A stretch of 64,000 bases of DNA, from positions 8,446 through 72,445 of the forward strand of contig CAUVYH020000001.1 in the NCBI GenBank assembly GCA_963556065.3, written 5' to 3'. Position numbers and translations under genes: made by a program. Shown in pieces: positions 36,857 through 44,644 of this stretch (position 1 is the stretch's first letter; each line of letters opens with the position of its first letter). This DNA comes from Bacteroidales bacterium (GTDB taxonomy: Bacteria > Bacteroidota > Bacteroidia > Bacteroidales > WCHB1-69). Under the pieces are notes generated by a model, which was given only the letters and a program-made list of their open reading frames with translations, searched no databases and was not told the DNA's origin.

Positions 36857-38247
36857 CGGATTTAATATTAGGTTTCTTAATATACTGATCGATTGCATCC
36901 GCTGCTTTTTTACCCGCACCCATGGCCAGAATAACGGTTGCCGCACCGGTCACCACATCCCCTCCTGCAAACACCCCGCGCCGGGAAGAGTTGCCGTCTT
37001 CATCGGCAACCAGGCATCCATGAGCATTGGTGATCATCCCTGGCGTCGTATTGCTGATCAAGGGGTTGGGTGTGGTACCGAGCGACATGATCACGGTATC
37101 CGCTTCAATTTCGAATTCGGAATCGGGCTTGATCACCGGTTTTCTTCGTCCAGATTCATCGGGCGATCCCAGTTCCATCTGAATGCAGTGAATGGATTTC
37201 ACCCAGCCTTGTTCCGTCCCCTCGATGGATGTAGGATTCGACAAGAATTGAAATTTAATCCCTTCCTCTTTGGCATGATGAACCTCTTCTTTGCGAGCCG
37301 GCAATTCCTCTTCGGAACGACGATACACCACACTGGTCTCCGCCCCCAGTCGTCGGGCTGTCCGAGCCGCATCCATGGCCACGTTTCCACCACCGACCAC
37401 CACCACTCTCCGTCCGGTGAAAATCGGGGTGTCATAACCATGATCATACGCCCTTCATGAGATTGTTCCGGGTCAGGAACTCATTGGCGGAAACCACGCC
37501 GTTCAGGTTTTCCCCAGGAATGTTCATAAACTTGGGCAACCCTGCGCCACTGGCCACATATACCGCTGAATACCCTTCTTCCTTTAATAGCTGGTCAATG
37601 GTGATTGTTTTACCAATAACCACATCTTTTTCGATGATCACCCCCAAATTTGTGATGTTCTTGATTTCATGCTTTACCACCGTATCTTTCGGGAGTCTGA
37701 ATTCCGGAATTCCATATTGCAAGACACCACCGGCTTTATGCAAGGCTTCGAAGATCTTTACCGAATATCCTTTTTTGGCCAAATCGCCGGCACAGCTCAA
37801 TCCCGAAGGCCCGCTTCCGATAACCGCGACTTTATAACCATTCGGCTGAATGGCTTCGGACAGATTCAACGGATGTTCTCGAGCCCAATCGCCAATAAAC
37901 CGTTCCAGTTTTCCGATTGCGACCGGTTCCCCTTTTCGTCCCAGAATGCAGTCTCCCTCACATTGGATTTCTTGCGGACATACTCTGCCACAAATAGCAG
38001 GCAAGGCGGAGTCACGGGCAATTACCCGGGCCGCCTGTTCAAAGTTTCCGGTTTTTATGTGCGCGATAAATTCGGGAATATTAATGGAGACGGGGCATTT
38101 GGAAACACACAGCGGCTTTTTGCAGTTCAGGCAACGCGAGGCTTCAGCAATCGCTTCCTCTTGGTTGTATCCCAAGCTCACCTCGTCAAAGTTCTTCACC
38201 CTTATTTCGGGGGACTGTTCCCGGCAGGGAATCCTGTTTTTATTCAT
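36834..38247 (-). pseudogene. NfnB / SudA / GltD-like NADPH-dependent oxidoreductase (glutamate synthase small-chain family), split by a 1-nt homopolymer insertion
   Basis: Track ORFs 37444..38247 and 36834..37406 are two halves of one gene. The N-terminal half has two Cys clusters (CLNCKKPLCVSKCP, CGRVCP...CEGDC) and GSGPSGLSCAG. Removing one G from the GGG run (plus-strand CCC 37451-37453) reads ...[36 protein letters not shown]..., for about 470 aa in total. Confidence 0.85.
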
Positions 38248-39130
38248 GACTAACTCCTCCTATATGGCAAATATGACCTTCCATCAGCTCTGCAAATTCA
38301 ATCGCTTTTCGCCCTTCAATGGTTTTGTACATATTCTGACGCCGCATGGCTTCCTCGTAATTGATCAAATGGGCATCGAACTCCGGCCCATCAATACAGG
38401 TGAATTTGGTTTGTCCGCCAACCGTCACCCGGCAGGCTCCGCACATTCCCGTGCCGTCCACCATCAACGAATTCAAACTGGCGATGGTCGGAATATTGAA
38501 CTTTTGGGTCATCATGGCCACATATTTCATCATAATCATCGGTCCAATGGTGATCACCCGAGAGTAGTTGATTTCAAGGCGAAGCAAACGTTCCAGAATG
38601 TGGGTCACCAGCCCTTTTTCACCATACGAACCGTCATCGGTACAGACAAAGACTCGATTCGCATGTTGGCTTAACTCCTTCAGCAGCACAAGATTCTGAG
38701 CCGATTTTGCGCCGATAATCAAATCCGCTTTAACCCCTTTTTCAAGATGCAGCCACTTGAGCTGCGGCAATATTGGAGCCACGCCAACCCCGCCGGCGAC
38801 AAAAAGCAACTTCTCCTGTTTGAACCGATCATCGCTCCAGTGAATAAAATCAGAGGGGCATCCGAGGGGACCGGTAAAGTCCATGAAATAGTCACCAACT
38901 TCGAATTGCGCCATTTTTTGGGAAGACATGCCCACCACCTGAAAGACAATGGTCACAGATCCGGTTTCTTTATCGTAATCCACAATGGTTAGAGGGATCC
39001 GCTCCCCTTTCTCGTCGGGGATCACGATGATAAATTCTCCAGGATTGGCGCTTCGGGCGATTCTTGGCGCCTCAATTTCCATCAGGAAGATGTCTGGAGA
39101 TAATACCTCTTTTTTCAATATTTTGAACAT
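38240..39130 (-). CDS. NfnA / SudB-like FAD/NAD(P)-binding [2Fe-2S] subunit (sulfide/dihydroorotate dehydrogenase-like)
   Basis: ATG 39130 gives MFKILKKEVLSPDIFLMEIEAP.... FNR-like fold (GERIPLTIVDY, LLFVAGGVGVAPI). C-terminal Cys cluster GMCGACRV...C. Overlaps the GltD-like gene by 8 nt. Confidence 0.85.
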   Translation of the reverse strand: MFKILKKEVLSPDIFLMEIEAPRIARSANPGEFIIVIPDEKGERIPLTIVDYDKETGSVTIVFQVVGMSSQKMAQFEVGDYFMDFTGPLGCPSDFIHWSDDRFKQEKLLFVAGGVGVAPILPQLKWLHLEKGVKADLIIGAKSAQNLVLLKELSQHANRVFVCTDDGSYGEKGLVTHILERLLRLEINYSRVITIGPMIMMKYVAMMTQKFNIPTIASLNSLMVDGTGMCGACRVTVGGQTKFTCIDGPEFDAHLINYEEAMRRQNMYKTIEGRKAIEFAELMEGHICHIGGVSHE

Positions 39131-39197
39131 CGCTGTACTTTTTAAAAAAAAGCACCGGATTCCAAGGAGCATGGAACCCGACACTTTCGGGGATTAA

Positions 39198-40364
39198 TTA
39201 GAAGTCAACTTTTGTACCGTAATAAATACTGGTCAGGACTTGTTTCATCTCTTCAACCGAAGTCGGCCTTGGATTTGAGCCGGTACAAGCATCAGCCACG
39301 GCATTTTCTGCAATATAATTCAGGTTTTCCTTAAAATCACTTTCGGTAATGCCATACTCTTTCAAGGATAGAGGAATATCCAACTGCAAGTTCAATTTCT
39401 TGATGCTGGCTACCAACGCCTTGGTAAGTTCCATATCGGTTTCACCTTTCAAATTGAGCATGCGGGCGATTTTCGCAAACCGGTCGGCACATACTTTTGA
39501 ATTGAACTCGATGACATACGGCAGATAAATGGCATTGGCACATCCGTGAGGAATGTGGAAGATCGCCCCGGTTTTGTGAGCCAAGCTGTGAACAATTCCC
39601 AGCAACGCGTTGGAAAAAGCCATACCTGCCAAACATTGGGCAATATGCATCTGGGCACGGGCCTGGTTATCACCGGCATACGATTTTATGAGATTATCAT
39701 AAATCATGTCGATGGCATGCATGGCCAAAGGATCGGAAAAATCGGAATGCAAGCCGGCCACATACGCTTCAATGGCATGGGTAAGCGCATCCATCCCGGT
39801 ATGGGCGGTCAGCTGTTGGGGCATCGTTTCCGCCAGTTTGGGATCTACAATGGCGATATCCGGCGTGATGTTGAAATCGGCCAACGGATATTTTATTCTG
39901 AGCTTATAATCGGTGATCACCGAAAAGGCTGTGACTTCCGTAGCCGTGCCACTCGTGGACGGAATCGCCACAAAACGGGCTTTCTGCCTCAATTCGGGTA
40001 AGTTGAACGGGATAACGGCTTCCTGGAAGGTGAACTCCGGATATTCGTAAAAAATCCACATGGCCTTGGCGGCATCAATTGGAGAGCCTCCGCCCATGGA
40101 GACGATCCAATCGGGCTGGAACTTACGCATCGCTTCCGCTCCGCGCATCACGGTTTCTACGGATGGATCGGGTTCCACTCCTTCAAAAAGTTCAACTTCC
40201 ATTCCGGCTTCCTTCAAATAATTTACGGCCTGGTCTAAAAATCCGAAACGTTTCATCGATCCGCCCCCGACAACGAGGATTGCTTTTTTTCCTTTTAGGT
40301 TTTTCAATTCTGCGAGACTTCCTTCTCCGAAGTAAATGTCTCTGGGTAATGTAAATCTTGACAT
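39198..40364 (-). CDS. Iron-containing (group III) alcohol dehydrogenase, butanol/1,2-propanediol dehydrogenase-like
   Basis: ATG 40364 gives MSRFTLPRDIYFGEGSL.... Motifs GGGSPIDAAK, HTGMDALTHAIEAY, HSLAHKTG...HGCANAI. Confidence 0.9.
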   Translation of the reverse strand: MSRFTLPRDIYFGEGSLAELKNLKGKKAILVVGGGSMKRFGFLDQAVNYLKEAGMEVELFEGVEPDPSVETVMRGAEAMRKFQPDWIVSMGGGSPIDAAKAMWIFYEYPEFTFQEAVIPFNLPELRQKARFVAIPSTSGTATEVTAFSVITDYKLRIKYPLADFNITPDIAIVDPKLAETMPQQLTAHTGMDALTHAIEAYVAGLHSDFSDPLAMHAIDMIYDNLIKSYAGDNQARAQMHIAQCLAGMAFSNALLGIVHSLAHKTGAIFHIPHGCANAIYLPYVIEFNSKVCADRFAKIARMLNLKGETDMELTKALVASIKKLNLQLDIPLSLKEYGITESDFKENLNYIAENAVADACTGSNPRPTSVEEMKQVLTSIYYGTKVDF

Positions 40365-40400
40365 ATTCTTTTTTTTAATTTGTTGTTTGGGAATCCATAA

Positions 40401-40417
40401 AGTCAATCGCCATGCCA
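40401..40417 (-). promoter_or_regulatory. Candidate sigma-54 (-24/-12) promoter of the ADH-Nfn-Rex-like-Fd operon
   Basis: Minus strand 5'-TGGCATGGCGATTGACT-3'. It shares the TGGCATG-N4-TTGRCT pattern with 35683..35699. Lies 53 nt upstream of ATG 40364. The -12 C is A. Confidence 0.4.
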
Positions 40418-40423
40418 CAGATT

Positions 40424-40446
40424 GTATCACACTGTATTTGTGATAC
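40424..40446. promoter_or_regulatory. Inverted repeat GTATCACA-N7-TGTGATAC (candidate operator/UAS)
   Basis: Perfect 8-bp arms read directly from the sequence. Lies 7 nt upstream of the sigma-54-like element and downstream of the sigmaA-type promoter candidate. Confidence 0.35.
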
Positions 40447-40459
40447 TTACAAAGATTAG

Positions 40460-40492
40460 CAAATTTACATGTGTTATATATTAGGACACAAA
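40460..40492 (-). promoter_or_regulatory. Bacteroidetes sigmaA-type promoter candidate (TTTG-N21-TAAATTTG)
   Basis: On the minus strand, TTTG is at 40492-40489 and TAAATTTG at 40467-40460, matching the -33 TTTG / -7 TAnnTTTG consensus. This is an alternative to the sigma-54 model for the ADH operon. Confidence 0.4.
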
Positions 40493-40536
40493 ACAAAAAG
40501 AACACTGTCCCGGAATAAGACAGTGTTCTTTTTTAT
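40491..40536. terminator. Strong bidirectional Rho-independent terminator after the sigma-54 activator gene
   Basis: AAGAACACTGTC-CCGGAATAA-GACAGTGTTCTT (12-bp perfect stem) flanked by A-rich and T-rich runs on both sides. Confidence 0.75.
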
Positions 40537-40572
40537 GACAACATAAAGATGGATGTAGGAATTCCGAATCGG

Positions 40573-42498
40573 CTATTCTATGGGAATATCATATTTCTTC
40601 ACCTTGAGATAAAGTGTATTTCGGCTGATTCCGAGACTTTTGGCCACCTTGCTCATGTTTTTTTCGCAGAGTTGTATGGCTTCGGCAATCGCTTGTTTTT
40701 CGAGATCTTCGAGGGTTACCACCCGATTTTTCGCGATACGGGGTGTATCTTCAGCAATTTCATGTTGAATCACAATGGGTTGGGCATGAATGCTCATGTC
40801 GGAAATATGCTCATCGAAACGCAGTTTTCCGTTCAGGTTCACCGCTTTCTCCACAAAGTTTTCGAGTTCTCGGATATTTCCAGGCCATTCGTACTCCTTC
40901 ATGCTTTTGATCATGTCGGGAGGCAACGAAATCGGCACCCGGTTGAGTTTTTTGGCTTTATGAACGAGGAAAAACGAAATCAGATCCTCCACATCCTCAG
41001 GGCGTTCCCGCAAAGGAGGCAGGACGATCGGGATCACGCTCAGCCGGTAAAACAGGTCGAGCCGGAAATTCCCTTTTTCGATCTCCTCCTTGAGATTCTT
41101 ATTGGTTGCGGCAATAATCCGGACATCCACCGGAATCACCTTGTTGCCGCCTACACGAGTGATGACGCCTTCCTGGAGCACCCGCAATATCCGCACTTGC
41201 ATATCAACCGGCATCTCCCCGATTTCATCCAGGAAAAGGGTTCCCTTGTTGGCAAGTTCAAATTTCCCGGCTTTTCCCCCTTTTCTGGCTCCGGTAAACG
41301 CCCCTTCGTCGTATCCGAACAGCTCGCTCTCGATGAGCGTTGGAGGAATGGCGCCGCAGTTGATGGCCACAAATCCGTTGTTCACCCTGTTGCTGGCATT
41401 ATGGATAGCTTGGGCAAGCACCTCTTTTCCCGTGCCGCTTTCGCCCGTGATCAAGATGGTGGAAGGACTGTCGGATATGCTTCGGGCGTATTCCTTCACC
41501 CACCGGATTTCCTTGCTGCGCCCGATAATATCGTCGAAAGTATAGTGGGCGTGCATCCCGGTGTATTTGTTCACCAGATTGAAAATCGCCCCAATCTCCT
41601 TAAACGTCACCAGCAACCCATACAGCTCCTGATCGTTTTTTTTGAGCGGATAGGCGTTCACGTTAAACTTCTCCGGCTTGCCGTTGACTTTGATCAGGAG
41701 TTCCACATCTCTTCCCATCTGACCGCTGATGATTTTATCGCGCATATTCTTCCAATCCGGAATCAGATCCGAGATGTCCTTTTGGATCAATAACTCCTTG
41801 GGACATTGGAGCATTTTTGACGCCGCCTCATTCATCCGCTTGATATTCCCCGTAAGATCCGTACTGATGATTCCGGAGGAAATCGTGTTCATCACCGCAT
41901 ACACATAATCATAGGCCTCTTCAATCCGTTGATGGATGGTTTCGGTGCGCATTTCGCTCTCAATCGCCTTCACCGCCGAAACCACCAGTCCGAGGGTATG
42001 GGGATGGACATCCTCGCTTTTTCCGGTAAGATTCAACGTCCCCAGCAGTTGCCCCCTGAAATCATGGATTGGCGCCGCCGAGCAGGTCAAGGTTTGATAT
42101 GCCGAGATAAAATGCTCCGAAGCCGTGATCTGAACTGGGGCGTCTTCGCTGATGGCCGTTCCCATGGCATTGGTCCCCACGTTGTCTTCGCTCATCTGGG
42201 AGCCGATGGTGATTTTTATCTTCTTCGCCTCCGCCACCACTTCGTCGTCGCCATAAATCAGCAACAGCACTCCATCCCGATCCGTAAGGGCGATCAAGTA
42301 ACCGCTTCCCTTCAAAAAGGTGTACAATTCGGAAATATGAGGCTTCACCGTTTCAATCAACGCTTTATTCCGGATCAAGATCTGCTGCAAATCAGTGCCT
42401 TCAAAATTCGTTTTTGAATAAAGCCTGTTTTGTATCACCCCAAACTGCTTGCTTCGTAGATGCGATTGTTCAATAATATCGTCATGTTCATTCACCAT
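40573..42498 (-). CDS. Sigma-54-dependent transcriptional activator (GAF-PAS-AAA+-Fis HTH; AcoR/AdhR-like)
   Basis: Walker A GESGTGKE, the sigma-54 contact loop GAFTGA, Walker B LFLDEIGE, R-finger region, and C-terminal HTH NMSKVAKSLGISRNTLYLKVKKY. The N-terminal ~300 aa is GAF- and PAS-like. Confidence 0.92.
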   Translation of the reverse strand: MVNEHDDIIEQSHLRSKQFGVIQNRLYSKTNFEGTDLQQILIRNKALIETVKPHISELYTFLKGSGYLIALTDRDGVLLLIYGDDEVVAEAKKIKITIGSQMSEDNVGTNAMGTAISEDAPVQITASEHFISAYQTLTCSAAPIHDFRGQLLGTLNLTGKSEDVHPHTLGLVVSAVKAIESEMRTETIHQRIEEAYDYVYAVMNTISSGIISTDLTGNIKRMNEAASKMLQCPKELLIQKDISDLIPDWKNMRDKIISGQMGRDVELLIKVNGKPEKFNVNAYPLKKNDQELYGLLVTFKEIGAIFNLVNKYTGMHAHYTFDDIIGRSKEIRWVKEYARSISDSPSTILITGESGTGKEVLAQAIHNASNRVNNGFVAINCGAIPPTLIESELFGYDEGAFTGARKGGKAGKFELANKGTLFLDEIGEMPVDMQVRILRVLQEGVITRVGGNKVIPVDVRIIAATNKNLKEEIEKGNFRLDLFYRLSVIPIVLPPLRERPEDVEDLISFFLVHKAKKLNRVPISLPPDMIKSMKEYEWPGNIRELENFVEKAVNLNGKLRFDEHISDMSIHAQPIVIQHEIAEDTPRIAKNRVVTLEDLEKQAIAEAIQLCEKNMSKVAKSLGISRNTLYLKVKKYDIPIE

Positions 42499-42778
42499 AA
42501 CCCTCGTTGATTTTTTTGCAAAATTACACTCTTTTCACCACAATAAACACCCGATGCCGCTTTTAGTTTATTTCTTTGGGATCAACGAAAAGGATTGGAC
42601 GTTTTTGTGCAAATAATTGCAGATCATTCCATAACATTTCAGACTTTTATTTATTCAAAATTATTGTTGTCCGATAAAAAAGTTTAGTTTTAAAGCTGAG
42701 CAGTGTTTTGCTTTGTTCTAAACTTTTTCTTGGTCAATGATACTTTTGTCATTGCCACAAAAGTATCCAAAAAGGCTA

Positions 42779-42933
42779 GGAGGAGCGAATGCGGAGCTTT
42801 TCATTGGATTTCAAAACAAAAGCAATGCAATGGCAAGGTAGTGCCTCGCTTTCAGCGAGACAAACGTAAACGCCCTTGCTGCATTGCTAATTGTTTTGAA
42901 ATCTATAGATTTTCAAGGCTCGCTCGCTCCTCC
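42779..42933. repeat. 155-bp nested palindromic element (REP/MITE-like or structured RNA)
   Basis: Concentric perfect stems: GGAGGAGCGA/TCGCTCCTCC (42779-88 / 42924-33), GATTTCAAAACAA/TTGTTTTGAAATC (42807-19 / 42891-903), AGCAATGCA/TGCATTGCT (42821-29 / 42880-88), GCAAGG/CCTTGC (42833-38 / 42874-79), CTCGCT-TTC-AGCGAG (42845-59). Confidence 0.6.
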
Positions 42934-43296
42934 ACGGCTTTCGCGCGGTGATTTTAGAAGTTTTAGAGATTTTAGGGCTACGCAGTATTATGCCATTCTC
43001 TATACTTTTTCAATGATCCTTTTGTAATTACCATCGCGCTTTGCGGGATAAACTCCAATACTCAAAATCCCGATAATTATCGTGGCAAAATGAGAATCAA
43101 ATATTTTACGCTATAATTTGTATCAAAATTCAATTACACCCCTACATTATTCTAAAACACAACAATTTTTTTATCGAACAATATTGAATCAAAATAAACC
43201 GTTAAAACGAATAATTAGCGGGTGTTTCGTGCAAAAAATCGTGACCGGGTTGCAGAAAATCCAACGAACAATCAATCAGTAGCATAAATTTATGAT

Positions 43297-43680
43297 ATGA
43301 AAATAGGACACATTGCCATTTGGACCGAAGATTTGGAAGCCATGAAAGATTTTTACATCCGCTATTTTAACGGAGCAAGCAATGAAAAATACACCAATTC
43401 CTTAAAAAGGTTTGAATCATATTTTATCTCCTTTGAAGGCGATGCGAAACTGGAACTTATGCGTAAAACCTCCATTGTCAAACCTTTAGAGCTTGAAGAA
43501 CGGATCGGGATCGCTCATATCGCATTTGCATTGGGGTCGAAAGAAGCCGTGCTTTCGCTCACCGAAACCCTTCGCGCCGACGGATACGTTATTGCGGGAG
43601 AGCCCCGGACGAGTGGCGACGGCTATTTTGAAAGCGTGGTCCTCGACTTGGAAGGGAACAGAATCGAACTTTTGGCGTAA
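43297..43680 (+). CDS. VOC-family (glyoxalase/bleomycin-resistance fold) protein
   Basis: 127 aa. MKIGHIAIWTEDLEAMKDFY ... GIAHIAFALGS ... ESVVLDLEGNRIELL pattern of a paired beta-alpha-beta-beta-beta module. Confidence 0.8.
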   Translation: MKIGHIAIWTEDLEAMKDFYIRYFNGASNEKYTNSLKRFESYFISFEGDAKLELMRKTSIVKPLELEERIGIAHIAFALGSKEAVLSLTETLRADGYVIAGEPRTSGDGYFESVVLDLEGNRIELLA

Positions 43681-43733
43681 AAAACTTTGCTGGCAAAATT
43701 TAAATTTACTATTTTTGCCAAAAATTAATCATC

Positions 43734-44579
43734 ATGGCAAATTTTAAAAAATTTATCTGCATTTTTCTAGTGGCATTACCCTCTTTTCTATCCGCACAAG
43801 ATACCATTTTCACCAAAACAGGCGACACCATCTGTTGTATAATCACGAAAATTGACCTGTCAAATATCTATTTTAACACTACAAATTTGAATGAGACTAA
43901 AAGCATGTTACTTTCGCTCAAAAATGTGGCTGATTATCGTTCTGTGAATCCAATTGAGTTTAATATCCAGAAATATAAATATCCTAAAATAAGATTATCC
44001 TTTGATGGCGGATTAAGCTATCAAACAAAAAAGCTTGAGGAGGATACCCCTCAGGAACTCAAGGGCTTTTATAATAGACTTAAATCGGGGTATCAGTATG
44101 GCATTGGAATTCAATATTTCGCATCCAAAAATCTAGGATTTGGATTAAAATACTCGCATTTCCGCTCCAAAAAAGCGATGAATTATTTCATTAATAACTA
44201 TGGAAATTGGAATGAATATATTCAGAATGAAGATGTTAATATTGATTTTATTGGCCCCACCTTTAATTTTCGGGGAATGCACAATAAAAACAGAAATAGT
44301 TTTATTGTACATGTGGGCGTCGGCTATCTTCATTATTTAGATCGGGTTTTGTCTTATGGCATAAACGCCACTGGACACACTTATGGGCTGGAATTTGGAG
44401 TTAATTACGACCTAAAAGTTGCTGATAATCTGGCGATAGGGGTCGATGTCTCATACGTTATGGGGACTTTGTCAAAATGGAAATTAAGTGATGGCGTTTA
44501 TTCCGAAACCTCAGATCTTCAGCATAACAACAACCTTCATCATCTGGATATTTCCATAGGACTGCGCCTGATTAAATAA
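43734..44579 (+). CDS. Hypothetical outer-membrane beta-barrel protein
   Basis: Signal peptide MANFKKFICIFLVALPSFLSAQ. Alternating-hydrophobicity strands with aromatic-rich ends (GIGIQYFASKNLGFGLKYSHF, LEFGVNYDL, ISIGLRLIK). Confidence 0.6.
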   Translation: MANFKKFICIFLVALPSFLSAQDTIFTKTGDTICCIITKIDLSNIYFNTTNLNETKSMLLSLKNVADYRSVNPIEFNIQKYKYPKIRLSFDGGLSYQTKKLEEDTPQELKGFYNRLKSGYQYGIGIQYFASKNLGFGLKYSHFRSKKAMNYFINNYGNWNEYIQNEDVNIDFIGPTFNFRGMHNKNRNSFIVHVGVGYLHYLDRVLSYGINATGHTYGLEFGVNYDLKVADNLAIGVDVSYVMGTLSKWKLSDGVYSETSDLQHNNNLHHLDISIGLRLIK

Positions 44580-44644
44580 CAATCTGTAATGATGATTCTG
44601 TTGAATTTTATCCTTAAATTAGCTCAAAAATTCAATCCAATGTT

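Noticed and set aside
37669-38674. Plus-strand ORFs of 194 and 274 aa antisense to the NfnA/NfnB-like genes
   Set aside because: The opposite strand carries unmistakable FAD/NAD(P) and Fe-S motifs. The antisense translations are featureless. These are shadow ORFs.
39131-39197. Possible terminator or sigma-54 site between the ADH and NfnA-like genes
   Set aside because: The CCCGA-AAGTG-TCGGG hairpin has only 5 bp and lacks an adjacent U-run. TGGAATCCGGTGC has the wrong GG-GC spacing for sigma-54. The 67-nt gap is compatible with co-transcription.
40549-41793. 414-aa plus-strand ORF antisense to the sigma-54 activator gene
   Set aside because: It lies fully inside a well-supported minus-strand gene with clear AAA+ motifs. 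The translation is low-complexity (R/H/F/P-rich) with no motifs. It is a typical shadow ORF of a GC-richer gene.
42703-42951. 82-aa ORF covering the nested palindrome
   Set aside because: It uses a non-ATG start. The sequence is dictated by the palindromic DNA (K/R/C-rich) and has no recognisable features. The region is better explained as a structured or repeat element.
42950-42977. Three tandem ~9-nt TTTTAG(A/G) units, considered as a possible CRISPR or other array
   Set aside because: The units are far too short and there are only three of them, with no spacers and no cas genes. The observation is kept only as part of the repeat-rich spacer description.
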